A stretch of DNA of 63,931 nucleotides, filler included, from Octopus bimaculoides (GCF_001194135.2; 6 parts of 6 records of this genome joined end to end with filler, not necessarily neighbours in it); one strand, 5' to 3'. Shown: positions 36,291 through 50,140, counted from the first letter of the whole stretch. A program made the numbers and translations. The notes: generated from the letters alone by a model not told the origin.

Positions 36291-36478
36291 ATAAGAGAAG
36301 AGTCTTATCTATTCTACAGGAATAGCAAATAGATAAGAGAAGAGTCTTAAGATGCTCGTGTTGTTATCAATATAATTAGTTTTAAAACACATGAAAACCA
36401 GCTGATTACCAATGAAAGGTTTCTTATACTATATTTAACAAACAACATATAAAAGATAAAGGAATGAAAGAATATTAC

Positions 36479-36527
36479 CCGTGGTATAATTCTTCAAGAT
36501 CTGATGCAGATTTTGCATCTAAATATT
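36479..36527 (-). CDS. METTL24: METTL24-like internal exon (49 nt), most 5' exon found
   Basis: ttttaccgtccacAG|...CACGG|GTAATA; phases 1 and 2; xYLDAKSASDLEELYHG joins in frame to LMGQIQVKC, as expected for the L..LYH..L...Q..C motif. Confidence 0.75.
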
Positions 36528-36780
36528 CTGTGGACGGTAAAATCTAAACAAGAAAACAAAATATTGAAGATAGAGATAAATAAAAGAACGTTTCATGTAT
36601 TTTCAGGGTTTAGGAGTTGAGATCTTTCTAGTTGTTACTTCACATGAAGAGAATCACATCTTCAGGATAATAGACGAAATATAAAATATGAAAATTATAT
36701 AACTAAATATACTTCATGCAAATATACATATATATACATACACATATATATACACACACACACACACGCACGTATATATC

Positions 36781-37572
36781 TATCAGGTTGAGTAAAAAGT
36801 AAGCAACGTTGTGAACCATAAAGAATTTGTACCGGATTTTTGTAGAGTTTTGAAATTATCTGATAATACGGACACAAACTTACTCAAATGCATCAATAAT
36901 TTAATACTGATATTGCTTTTCGCCGTTGTTACAATCTTCTGAAATGGAACCGTTATATTCATGTTACAATCTTCTGAAATGAAACCGCAATATTCGAGCA
37001 ATTTTGCTATTCAACTTCAAAAAAGGACGTAAAGCAGCTGAAACTGCTCGCGATATCAACGAAACGTTTGGTGAGGAAATGACCAGTGAGTGGTCAGCTC
37101 GAAAATGGTTTTTGCAGTGGAAACCTGAGCCTTGAAGATCGTGAGCGTTGTGGACGCCCATCTGTCATTGATGACGGTCAATTAAAGACCGTCATTGAGA
37201 AAGATCCATGCAAAACCACTCGAGAACTGGAAAAAGAACTTCAAGTTAGGCAGAAAACTTCCTGCAACCATTTGCATGCGATCGGAAAATCAAAAAAGCT
37301 GGTCAAATGAGTATCACACGATTTGAATGAAAATTAGAAAATGCGCAGATATGGAATTTGCTTGTCGCTTCTTCTCCGTAACCAGACCGATTCATTTCTC
37401 GACTGTGTTGTAACTTGCGATGAAAACTGGATTCCTTATAATAATAATAAACGTTTTTCGCAGTGGTTGGACCAAAATAAAGCACCGAAAACCTTCCCTA
37501 AACCCGAGTTCTTCAAAAAGAAGGTTATGGTGACTGTTTGGTGGTGTACTGCTGAACTGATCGACTATGAGA
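36781..37572 (+). mobile_element. Mariner transposon, 5' two-thirds, decayed
   Basis: IRAILLFNFKKGRKAAETARDINETFG, LEDRERCGRP, VTCDENWIPYNN and KKVMVTVWW. A left TIR-like end is present; the 3' part is missing. Confidence 0.85.
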
Positions 37573-37806
37573 TCAGTACTACCAATATAACTATAATTAT
37601 CACTGGAAAATACCCACACGGATTCTATACATGGATATTTACTTTTGGAATGGAACTATACTCCTAGTACTTTTTTTTCTTTGTTTTTTCTTCTCCGCAT
37701 CGCTCTCATTTTCCTGAAACAGCTGTAAGACATTCTACATAAAATATAAATTTATTTATGCCATTGGTCTCTTTATCTCATTCTTTATATATATGTATAT
37801 ATGTAT

Positions 37807-37877
<71 letters not shown>

Positions 37878-37887
37878 CATATAAACA

Positions 37888-38742
37888 TACAGTGTGTTCA
37901 GAACAAATTTGAAATCTTTTTATATCTCATTCTTTTTCAGGAACAGCTTGATATATTGGAGAGTGTATTGATTAAAGCTATAGTTGATAAAATAGTAGTT
38001 GACATGGATCGCTGGAAGTCATCTGATTATTGGAAAAGAATTGCCTGCATTGTAATGAGTTGTACTGGGTGTCAAATTGCTAACATCATGAAAGCCAAAT
38101 CAATACACTGGGAACATTGTAAAGGTTGCAAAATGTGACATGAACAGCTGGAATGGAGACTACAAAGTTGTGACTAGCATGGAGGAACATGCTAGAATTC
38201 ATCCCCATATCTTTGAATAGGGCTCTATGCTCAATTCTGACAGCTATATGAAGCTGCTGGAAATTGGGTCAATTCCTGGCTGGAGAAGTTTGCTGCTAGA
38301 AGGTCTTATGTGTGCCAGTAGAATTTGGCTCCTTACCATACATCCAGAAAGATTCAGAAGTGGGTGTCAGAGAATTTTTACATCTCCACCGGCATCTTAA
38401 TTACCCCGATTGTAATCCCATTGATTACTATATGTTGGGTGCAGTTGAGAAAGGCACCAACCACTCTGCCTACAAGAACAAGGTCGGGCTGCTGGCTATG
38501 ATCAAGGAAGTAGTTGAAGGTTTTCAAAGAGAGACAGGGAGGAACGCATGCACCAGATTCGGGAGCTATCTTGAGGGTACGATGAAAGGTGAGGGCGGCT
38601 ACCTTGAGTAAACCGTTACCACTCAGCCATAATCTAGTTGTTATTTTCCGATTTTTTTAAATACTTATATTTGGGATGGAATAGTGTGTTGTTGTTTTTC
38701 CTTTTGCGCAAACTGTCAAATTTAGCTCCAAAACACTGTGTA
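37888..38742 (+). mobile_element. Tc1/mariner-superfamily (maT-like) element, internally deleted
   Basis: TA-flanked imperfect TIRs cagtgtgttcagaacaaatttga / tcaaatttagctccaaaacactg. The C-terminus reads YPDCNPIDYYMLGAVEK...ACTRFGSYLEGTMKGEGGYLE*. Confidence 0.7.
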
Positions 38743-39059
38743 TATTTACATAAATACATACATACATACAGACATATATATATATATAANNNNNNNNNNN
38801 NNNNNNNNNNNNNNNNNNNNNNNNNNNNNNNNNTTAATTAATTAANNNNNNNNNNNNNNNNNNNNNNNNNNNNNNNNNNNNNNNNNNNNCACTCACAAGG
38901 CTTTGGTCAGCCTGAGGCTATAGTAGAAAACACTTGCCCGCACACCCCAAGCTGTCCCACAGGGGGACTGAACCCAGAACCATGTGGTTGGGAAGCAAAC
39001 CTCTTACTCCACAGCTATGCCTGAGCCTATACTTTATTTTTTTTCTTTTCTTGACTCTG

Positions 39060-39460
39060 GAAGGATAAAAGACACAGTTATATATGAAGCAGAGATAATG
39101 TCAAAGGGCCCCAGTGAGCAGTCAAATGGGCAGAAGTATGTGAGCACAACAGAAGGTCCTTTTAGAACCACATTGCACAACTATCCTTCAATATCCAGGT
39201 GAGACACAATGTCACAGCCCTAGTTGGGCATATAGGACTATTAAAGGACCATGGGTTACATCAAGTGGAAAATCTTAGAGAAGTACAAATCTTATTTTAA
39301 TTGCCACAGAAAATGCAGATTAAACTTAGTCAAAAAAAGAATTATATTAAAAATTACTGCAGGACTAAGATTTTTAGCCTATGACCACATGAGAGGATGT
39401 ATATATTATTTTACCTACAGGCCCCACCATGACTACAATCACTTGTTTCTCCATCATCCT
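39060..39460 (+). mobile_element. Penelope-like element GIY-YIG endonuclease fragment
   Basis: VIYEAEIM...KYVSTTEGPFRTTLHNYPS and IKWKILEKYKSYFNCHRKCRLNLVKKRIIL match the PLE GIY-YIG and C-terminal CxLC motifs. A decayed hammerhead-like sequence follows at 39528-39575. Confidence 0.7.
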
Positions 39461-39699
39461 GTGATGTAAAATATATCTCTCTGTAGCATTGGAGAATTAC
39501 CAGTAATGAAAAAGCAAGTTGTTTTTACTGAAGAATTAGTATAAAAAAACTGACATGGAAACTATATTCAACAATAGTGATTCATGTAAAACTTGGTTAC
39601 TATTTCCAACAGATCAAGAGACTGCATATAATAAATGGAACTTTTGAAACATACAGTGCTCTGTCTATCTATCTATCTATCTACACACACTCTTGTGTA

Positions 39700-39746
<47 letters not shown>

Positions 39747-40700
39747 TCTGCCCAAAGGGATGTGCAGTGGGACTGAACCCAGTCCACAGGGTTTGCAAAG
39801 CAAGCTTCTTAACCACACAGCCATGCCAGAAGTAATTTTTATAAAATTTTTCATTATTTCAATTCTAAAAAGAAAAACACACTAACCAACATGGTAACCT
39901 CAACCTGCCAGAAAGAGCACCCAAATTTCCAACAATTTCCAACTGAGTAGCTTAAAAGAAAAAGAAAAAACAGAAAACAGAGCAAAATCATTATATAATG
40001 GATTACTAAATATATCATGAATGAATATATAAAAAAATAAAATAAAAGATGAACAGCTTTGATCAGTGGTATGCTCAATCAGGAATGACCTGGAGTTAAA
40101 TAACAACGACTATGAATAGAAGCGAAGAACAAAAATATTAGTTTGGAAGGTTCAAAGTTAAAAACATGTAAACTATCTTTATTCTTTGTAAGAGTGTCTG
40201 CACCAGTCTCTCTTACCATTAAATATAGATTAAAGTGGAAGAAGAAGAAAAGAGAAAATGTAAACTACAATCAAAGAATATGGTTGGAGGCAAATTTATT
40301 GGAAAATATTGCAATGCTATTGAAAAATAAGATGGAATCAAAAGTGTTTGTACAGTTAAGATGTGGGTTTTATTGATGCTATCAATTGATCACAGGTTTA
40401 CTTACAAACACAAATAGACACAGATGCACACAAATATGTGTTTGTGCACATATGTGTATGAATTTTTGCATAAATGTATCAGTGTGTGTGTGTATGTGTG
40501 TATCCATATATATATATATATATATTGTTTACATTATAAACAAGGTCTGTCATCTTTACAGAAGACGTGGGATCGAGTCTGTTGATATCCGTCAACGTTT
40601 AAACTGCTGGGTGTTTACATGCTGAAATCTAAAGCTTTATGTACATCACACATGACCATTAAAAATGATATATGCATACATACATACATACACACACATG

Positions 40701-40754
<54 letters not shown>

Positions 40755-42196
40755 ATAACATAAATGATATATAATTATATGCATATATCCATACATATAT
40801 GTGCATACCGACATCTATATGTATACATACAAACATATATGGCTACAGACAGTAAAAACAAGACAGAACAGCGAGAACAAACATTAAGGGCTGTTAGGCC
40901 AAGACGATAGAAAAATTATTTTGAACACTAGATAGAGAGTGAAAAAATTTGGGTCTTCTCTATAGAAAGGCAGGAAATAGAAAGAAAGAATCCTTTTCGT
41001 CACGTGTCAGCGTAAATGAATAAAAAAAATTTTACAGAAATTAACGAATCCGCATGACAGCTCTGCAAGTCAAAACGAAAGATCACCTAAGCAACTTTCT
41101 TTATTATAATACAGGTGTGACTAATTCGGAGAAACATTACTTTCATTATTTCCACATCGTCCGTCTCGTAATCGAACACTGTAATTTTGGTTCAAACTGA
41201 AAGTGTAAAACTATTTTCATTTTCTAATGAAACCTGGTCCTTGTAACTTTCCATGTCAGTGCGTTTCACTGTTGGGTGGGGGGTAAAATCACATACATAT
41301 ACTAAGACACACACACACACACACATACACACATACACACACATACATTAACGCACACTTGAAGCCTATCTCTGTTCCTGTATGTGTCTGTCTGTGTTTT
41401 TAGATGTGTGTGTGTCAATCGTTACAAAAATGTATCTATACTGAGAGACACAAATACTGTCACACACATATATTTGTCAGTCATCGGCCTAACATACGTA
41501 ATGAACATGCGAACACACTCTTATAGAAAATGTGACATCATTGTGGTGGTGGTGATGGTTAAAGATGTCATTTACAATAGGTGATTAAAAGAAAAATGAT
41601 AATGTTAAATTTTTGTAATGCAAATACGTGAATGAAAATATAGTTTAGTTGGTAGCCAAAAGCTTACTGAATCTTTTGATACACCATACGTCAAAATCAG
41701 CAACTCAGTTTTGGAATGCATAAGGAGCATATGCACACGAACATGCACATACAAACTCTCTTTTATATATATATATATATGGGTTACACAGACCTGAAAT
41801 GTACATATTAAATGATTTCACTATTACAGCTTAAATATACATAACACATCATTATAATCATCTCCTTTCTTCATCATCATTGTTAGAGTTCATTGAGGCC
41901 CATTTACTACACACTGATGCCTTCTTTTCATGATCCATCACCTGTTTCCAAGCAAATAGATATTTCCTCCATTGTCTGGTATATTTTCATGCAATATTGC
42001 AATATTGAAAACAAATGACTTGCATGATAGTGATGCTAATTTATATCCATATATGTGTATATATATANNNNNNNNNNNNNNNNNNNNNNNNNNNNNNNNN
42101 NNNNNNNNNNNNNNNNNNNNNNNNNNNNNNNNNNNNNNNNNNNNNNNNNNNNACATACATACACATGCACACACACACATATACATACATACATAC

Positions 42197-42252
<56 letters not shown>

Positions 42253-42646
42253 CCAAAGTTTTAAATTTAAAAGAGAGTTTTGACGCTAATATCCATTATT
42301 ATTGAAATTTATTCCTTTGTCAACATTTCTGTATAAGGCTATATTTAACTGTCAAATTTAAATCAAACATATAGTTTTCCTTACACATCTTCAGGGAAAA
42401 AATTAAGGACAAAAATTTAAGAACAAAAGGTAAATACCAAAACATCGTCTCTAAGTCCAGTCCATATTCAAATTTGTCCTTAAATAACTCGTTAAATAAG
42501 TTCCTTCTTTTCAAGAATATGGACTGGACTTAGATGCTCCTGAGCCAGTTGTTGAGTGTCCTAGCCATGAGGGAACAATGCTAGATGTGTCGAAACAATT
42601 GTAGCGATTAATAAATTCTTGTATATTCCCTCTTCCATTTTTCATT

Positions 42647-42691
<45 letters not shown>

Positions 42692-43287
42692 CAAATTAAG
42701 AGCAGTTCTAGCAATGTAAACATTATTAGTTGTACGTACATGTGCTTTGTTTATACACCAAATTTCCTTTGTGATAGTGTCCAGGCAAAGCACCTACATG
42801 ATGCTGAGCGTTAAAGAACATAGGTGAGATAACTTGCCTCTGAATCATCGAGAATGGTAGATACTGATATTTCACCATCCTTGTGGCTTATCAATACCAT
42901 GTACTCGGATCACCTTGCAATGAATTATAAACAAAACACATACACTATGTATGGGCAATCAATAATATATGTTAGTGATAATTTCATTTAAGTTTCTAGG
43001 ATACCATGGCTGCATATGTTATTGGATAATATAGCAATGGTCATGCAATCAATGTTTGATGAAACAATTGCAAATCAATGGCATATAACGATTTGCTCAC
43101 TACCTTCTCCTTTTTATAATTATACATACAAATCAAATAGGCATATACATACATAGATACGTGTGTGTGTGCATTTGTGTGTGTGTGTGAATAATAATAT
43201 ATATGTATATATATATAGGAAATATAATTAAGATTTGGTTGAATTACATACTTAAATTGAGGTACCTACACCTGTACATCTTTGTTA

Positions 43288-43347
<60 letters not shown>

Positions 43348-43434
43348 CATACAGTATATATATGTATACATATTCTCTCAAATGTCCAGGAGACTCTCTT
43401 GAGGTTGTAGATAGTTTCTGTTTATATATATATA

Positions 43435-44266
43435 TATTGGGTTATTTCATAAATAATGCAGTTTTTTGAAAGCATGAACTAAAAGTCAGAGGGGATGGGA
43501 TAAACTACCTGCACCAACTTGCTATAAAAGCAGATAGTAATTTTACCTTGTACTTATTCTTAATGCAAGTTTTGAAGAGTGCAGTTCACTTTTAACAGTT
43601 ATTTTTTCAAAGTTATAATGTAAGTGACAAAGGAGCATATTCGGCATATTTTGTTTTATGAGTTCAATAAAGGCAATAATGTACTAGAAAGTGTGAGGAA
43701 TATTAATACAGTATATGGGGATCAAGCAATAAGTGTAATCCAGTGTCAATGATGGTTCCAGAAATTTCAAGCCAGAAACTACAGCCTAGAAGACAAGCGT
43801 CATCCTGAAAGATCTGTAGAGCTTGATGAGGATGTCCTGCAAACCAAAGTGGAACAAAACCCCATCGTAACTGTTGAGGAACTAGCAGAGAAGCTCGATT
43901 TGGTCATTCAACCATTCATCAATACCTGTACTAGAAGAAAAACGACCAGCTTTGGTTTTAAGATGGAAGGTGTTCTTCCATCATGACAATGCTCAGCCAC
44001 ATACATTTATCCTGCAGTCTTCAAAATCATTTGGACAGAAAAAATATGAATTCTGTAGACGAGGTGGGAACAGTACTGGAGGAGTATTTTTCATCATGAA
44101 CAAATGAATTTTGGAAGAGGGGCCTTACAAGTCTACCAGATAGATGGAAGAGCATTGTAAAAAATGAAGGAGAGTATATTTTAGATTAAAAAAGAACTTT
44201 GTTTATCTTAAGTTTGAAAAATAAAAGAAGTATAAAAAAACACATTATTTATGGGATGACCCCATA
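43435..44266 (+). mobile_element. Mariner transposon with internal deletions
   Basis: TIRs tattgggttatttcataaataatg / cattatttatgggatgaccccata. Peptides HIRHILFYEFNKG, FHHDNAQPH and SLPDRWKSIVKNEGEYILD*. Confidence 0.85.
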
Positions 44267-44407
44267 TATATTCTTTTATTCTTTTATTTGTTTCAGTCAT
44301 TAGACTGTAGTCATGCACCAGTACTTATTTCCTAGAGCCTGGTACTTGTTCTAAAGGTATCTCTTGTGAAACTGCTAATTTACAGGCATGTAAACAGACC
44401 AACACTA

Positions 44408-44456
<49 letters not shown>

Positions 44457-44599
44457 TACACACACATACCTACAACAGGATTTTTTCAGTTTAAGTCTAC
44501 CAAATCGACTCAAAGGATTTTAGCTGATCCAGGGTTATACTAGGAGACACTTTTCCAAGATCAGAGGCGCTTTCCAAACCAGTGACCCATAAGGCTAGA

Positions 44600-44800
44600 T
44601 TCCCAGATTCTGTGCTATATATATTCTCCAACTAGATGAGATGCTGGTCTGTCACAGGATTACTCAGTTTTGCTATCTGGGGGAACTGGAGCAATGTAAA
44701 ATAAAGGGTTTTGCTCAAGAACACAACACATTGCTTAGTCCAGGAATTGAAATCACAAACTTATGATCATGAATGCAACACACTATCCACTAAGTCATGT
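44600..44800 (-). mobile_element. tRNA-derived SINE (third family)
   Basis: Minus-strand head cacatgacttagtggatagtgtg...tttcaattcctggac, followed by a tgtgttcttgagcaaaac core motif. Confidence 0.6.
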
Positions 44801-44804
44801 GACT

Positions 44805-44846
<42 letters not shown>

Positions 44847-45020
44847 TATATGTAAGTGTATGTATGCATATATGTTTGTGTGTGTGTGTATGTGTGTATA
44901 CAAGAATATAGTTTCTTCAGTTTACATCCAGAAAACTATGTGCCTGTCTATCTATCTATCTATCTGTCTGTCTGTCTGTCTGTCTCTCTGTCTGTCTACC
45001 TTGTTATATATCTATCGATT

Positions 45021-45076
<56 letters not shown>

Positions 45077-46289
45077 GTTATGTATGTATAAGTGTGTATA
45101 AGTATGTATGTATGTGTGTGTGTGTGTGAATGTTTGAATCAATAATGTAGTCTTTAGAGAATTCAACAGTTTTTCCTCCACTTTCGTGTTTTTCTCCAAA
45201 GTTTTTTTAGTTTATGAAATATTTTCTAAAATGATTTTTCACCATTCTATATTTCGTTGTTAGTGTTGTTGCTGCTGTTGTTGTTGTGGTTGTTGTTGAT
45301 GATGTTATTGTCGCTGTTGCTGTATGCCTTTTATGTAAATTTGTATCTTTATCTGAAAGAGATAATGCATGATTTTGAAGCCTTAATTCTTTTTTGTCAG
45401 ACACAAATATTTTTTGATTATCAAACTTTGATTAAATTTATGTCTGCATAATAAACAGAAAGACAGAGAAAGGAAGAGAGAGAGCAGTAGAGAACAAGAG
45501 AAAGCAAGAGAGAGTAAGAGGGAGACAGAGATTTGACACAAGCTGACTGTTTCTAAATAAGACTACAAGTATGATTCTATTAAATTTCATATTCATAATA
45601 ATTTATTAGTTTGCATGAATATAGAGATTTATTTTTATTTTGGGGACTTTCATAAATCTCTGCACTGATTTTATCTGGGGGTCTTTTTGTAACTGTTTAT
45701 GCTTGTCTGCGTGATTCAAAGGTTAGGGGAAAAAAACAAAGAAACTCAGGCTCTATCTTAGATAAAGAATATGAGTTAGATCTTGATATCAGAAATGCCA
45801 TATAACACACAAAGTTATTTAGAATTGTCTTTCTAAATCTGAAAGAATCCATACTTTTTCTTAGAAGAATTTTAAGTAGAACAATTATGATATATACATA
45901 AGAAAAATGTTTTAAACTTAGAAAATGAAATTATTTATTTAAAAATATCTGTTGCAGCTTGTCATATTTTATTAACTAGATTTTGATGAAGTCACTTCTT
46001 AAATGGATTTTATATTGTTCACAATTATTAGCAATATGAAAAAGGTTCTGTCAACATCTACTCTAAAGCAATTTTCTTTTAATGACGTGTGTGTGTGTAT
46101 GTACGTATGTATGTATGTATGTATGTATGTATGTATGTATGTATGTATGTACGTACATATGTATGTACATACGTACGTATGTATGTATGCTCTCTTTCTC
46201 TTCTTAGTTTAGAATAAATTTTGAGTAGCCACATGCTTGGTAGCAAAGTTGTGAAGGAAAGCAGCTTGTTTTTTTCATCATCCTTTAAA

Positions 46290-47340
46290 TCTTAAGAAGG
46301 TCTTGCAGATTTTTATAATCTCAGATATTGTGATCATTTATAGCATATGAATTAAGGATTTACATCCATTCTCTCCCCAAGAATTCCAGTTCTGCTATAT
46401 TTTACTCCAAATACGTTGGCATGTATCCTGTTGCACCAATAATAATAGGTATGAAGCTAAAAGTGTATCTTGGGTACTATATTTTCAAACTCGTTATCAA
46501 TGGTCTCTAGATGTCCCCTTTCTCTTGTATTTTTTGAACCACCTTAGTGTCCAGAGGGCAGCTGATTTCTGCAACAGAACATGTTTTCCCTTGTGGTCCC
46601 ACACAACAATATTTGGTCAGTTTTGTTTTAATTGGTAGCTGTTTTAATTTTTCAGTTCCACCAATATTCTTTTGACCCATCGGTCTCAATATAGTCAACT
46701 TCAACTGTGCTATCTTTTTTGTTATCCTCTTCCAGACTATTCTGGCCACCATATCGTGCCACCTAGGAAGTCAATATCTGAAAGACATTCTCTTGCAGTT
46801 GGCAATAATGTAGTTGATGTCTTCAGTCTTGGTCTTGCACAGCCTACATTTGTTGTCAGTCAATGTTTTCTGCCTTTTGTACTGTAAGTATTTGGTGACA
46901 ATCTCTTCTTCTTGGATTGTGTGGATGTAGCCTTCAAAATTGGATGTCATAAACTTGTCAGTACTCCATGCCAAGCTTTTGATTTGATCAGTCCTTTCTA
47001 TGGTTTGTGTTTTCCATGTCAAGTACCCATATACTATTTTTTTTAGTAAACTGATCCATTTTTCCATTTTGTTCTTCTGATAGATAGATTTTACCAATGC
47101 TCCTTGGAGAAAGATCTGTATCAGTTATTATTCCATACCTCTCCTCAAGTTCATTAGCTATCCTAATTATGTTTTTGATTTCATGGTCACAGACTTGGAT
47201 AAGATAGCTACTGATCTCTTGCCTCTGCTGCAGATGTTGTTTCAGTGTCACAATACATACTTCATATGACATCAATACAGATTTGAGACCACGACCACCA
47301 TCCTTATGCGAGAAGTGTATTTTGTAGTAACAGTCCAATA
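46290..47340 (-). mobile_element. R4/Dong-type (restriction-like endonuclease) LINE fragment
   Basis: YKIHFSHKDGGRGLKSV, EGYIHTIQEEEIVTKY, CRLCKTKTEDINYIIANC and RWHDMVARIV (CCHC knuckle), then the PD-(D/E)xK region. Confidence 0.8.
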
Positions 47341-47560
47341 CTAGGACTGACTCTTCTTCTTCTTCTCCTTCTTCTTCTTCTCCTTCTTCTTCTTCTCCTT
47401 CTTCTTCTTCTCCTTCTTCTTCTTCTCCTTCTTCTTCTTCTCCTTCTTCTTCTTCTTCTTCTTCNNNNNNNNNNNNNNNNNNNNNNNNNNNNNNNNNNNN
47501 NNNNNNNNNNNNNNNNNNNNNNNNNNNNNNNNNNNNNNNNNNNNNNNNNNNNNNNNNNNN

Positions 47561-47608
<48 letters not shown>

Positions 47609-47749
47609 TCTCATTTTCTCTCTTTCTTTCCAGATTTTTACCTGAAATTTAAAGATCCAAGCTTATCACATAGTATCATACTGACTTGACCTTAAAATTA
47701 CGTCTTCATCATCATTATCGTCATTGTCGTCATCATTGTTTTCATCATC

Positions 47750-47900
47750 ATCATCATCATCATTTAACATCCATTTTCCATGCTGGCATGGGTTGGACAG
47801 TTTGGCAGGGGCTAGCTAGGCAGAAGATAGCACCAGGCTTCACTGTCTGTTTTGGCAGGGTTTTGACAGCTGGACATCCTTCCTAATACCAACCACCTTA
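47750..47900 (-). mobile_element. RTE-type 3' tail (SINE or LINE end)
   Basis: Reverse complement of the 33110-33260 RTE tail (catttaacatccattttccatgctggcatgggttgg). Confidence 0.65.
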
Positions 47901-49649
47901 CATATGTCGTGGAAAATTCAGCTACAAAGGCACTAATTCCACAAGTAAGAATTCAACTGATCAAACAACAGAATACTTTTCAGTAAAACCAATATAAACT
48001 TCACCATTGAGCTACATTACAGTTATTCAATGGGAAGTAACTGTATTGATTTGTGACTGAGTTTATTTGCTAAATTGAAACTACTACAGGAGGAATATCA
48101 CTTGAGAAGTAAAGCTTATTAAAATTTCTTGATTAATTAACGAAAAAAATTGATTTTAAAATAAGATACTATTAAACATTTTTAGAATACACATTTTATT
48201 ACTCATTATTTAAAAAAAAGATTTCTTAAATTCATTTTGTAATAGTTTCTTTATTTTATCGGTACCTTGATTGATAACTTAATATTATCTGTAAAATTTA
48301 ATTGCCATGATTCATTTTAAAGAATTAAATATCCATAATAATTAACTCTGTATTTCCTGGGGTTCTTTTTTTTTTTCGATTTTTGTTTTTGTAATTTCTT
48401 AAGCCATTCTGCAAACAAGCTCATTGAATTGACTGTTTAAAGCAAATAGAAAATATGTAGCTCAAAAGATGATTGCTCACTTCAAGAAAGTTATTATAAA
48501 TTGATGGTGTGTTATCTAAACAAACCAAGATTGATATGGTAGGAAAAGTGTAGTTCTGTGATACTTGACAAGAGAGTAATAAGAATGGAAATGGAAACAG
48601 AGATCAGATACAGCTTGAATGTAATCCAGAATTTAAAATTTAAGTTAGTCAATGAGATATATGACTTGTATAATGGTTCTAACATTTATGAAGCTATTTG
48701 CCATTAAATGCCTTGAGAATGATGATTAAGATAAATTATTTATTTTCATATATGAATAGGCTTTGTTTGTAAGTATCAAATCTTATGCAATGACATTTTC
48801 TTAGCTGTAGAAGTAGTCATCATATTTTATAGAAATATATTGTGAAAGAGACTGGTAGTCCGACACATTGGTAATTTATGGCAATGGTGATTATACAGTG
48901 AATGTGTAATATCATAATCTGTACAGAGAATAAACAATACAAAATCTTTTGGTCCATGCTATCTAACGCATGGCTGTCTTAAAGTGATATATTCTGATAT
49001 GACATGAGACAACCCAGACATACAAATAAATTAACAAAGGTTAATAGTAACTAGAGAAGTAATACATTGATAAAAAAAAAATATTGTTTCTGATATTTAT
49101 TTTATTAACTCTTAAAAGACAAACAAGCCAGTCTATCAGCCTGCCAGTTTTTCTGCTACAAAAGCTGCAAAAACAAAATGTCTTATGTTTTTGTGTATGT
49201 GTATATGTGTGAGGTCTAGTGGTTAAGATGTTTTACTCACTGCCATTAGGTCATGGGTTCAATTCCTGAATCAGGTGGTATGTTATGTTCTTGGGAAAAA
49301 AAAACTTCATTTTATATTATTCTAGTCTACTCTATTGAAAATGAGTTCCACTTGAGTGCTGGTGCAGCCTTCGCTCCTTCTATTATTTTGCTGGGTCATG
49401 GGCAGGAGGACTGAGAATGTCTATGTCCACCTATGACTACACAGGTGCCTGAAATAATTACTGAAAGCATGATACATGCTACCAAGTCATACCAGCTTGT
49501 GAATGACTGCTGGTGTCGATTTAGTTTTCTACATATGTATGCATATGTGTACACATGTACATACATATGTATGTATGTGTGTTTGTATGTGTATACATGC
49601 ATGTATGTATGTACATATGTATGTATGTATGTATGCATGTATGTATGCC

Positions 49650-50140
49650 TTTATTCCCTTTATTTCAAGATTTCTTGCTAATAAAGAACTGGTTTCTAAC
49701 CTAGATCCAAGGTTCCGTCATTAGAATTTCAACATCAATAACAGGGTATTTTTGTTTGTTTGTATGTATGTATGTATATGTGCAGATTTGTATGTTTTGT
49801 TTTATCTATGTATTCTCAAGCGTATAGTTGCTTATCAAGACATGCTCACATATATTTAAATGATAAACTTGTGGAAAGTTTTACAGATTTTTACAGTTCC
49901 AGTGATGGACTGGATCTGTAGTCTTTGAATTAGCTTTTTCCTTTCTGGTTTTGGGAAGCCTAATTTCTCAAGATTGGTATTTAGGCAGTGTGTTACATAT
50001 CCCAGGGCCCCAATAATTACAGGTATAAACCTGAACTTGTAATCTGGATAGAGTAACTGCAGATTTCTCAATAGTTCAGCATAGGTGCTCTCTTTTTCAC
50101 TGATCTTCTGCTTTATGTTATCATCCACTGGGCAGCTAAT
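49650..50140 (-). mobile_element. R4/Dong-type LINE 3' end
   Basis: VEISCPVDDNIKQKISEKESTYAELLRNLQLLYPDYKFRFIPVIIGALG...ITGTVKICKTFHKFII* followed by 3' UTR. Confidence 0.82.
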
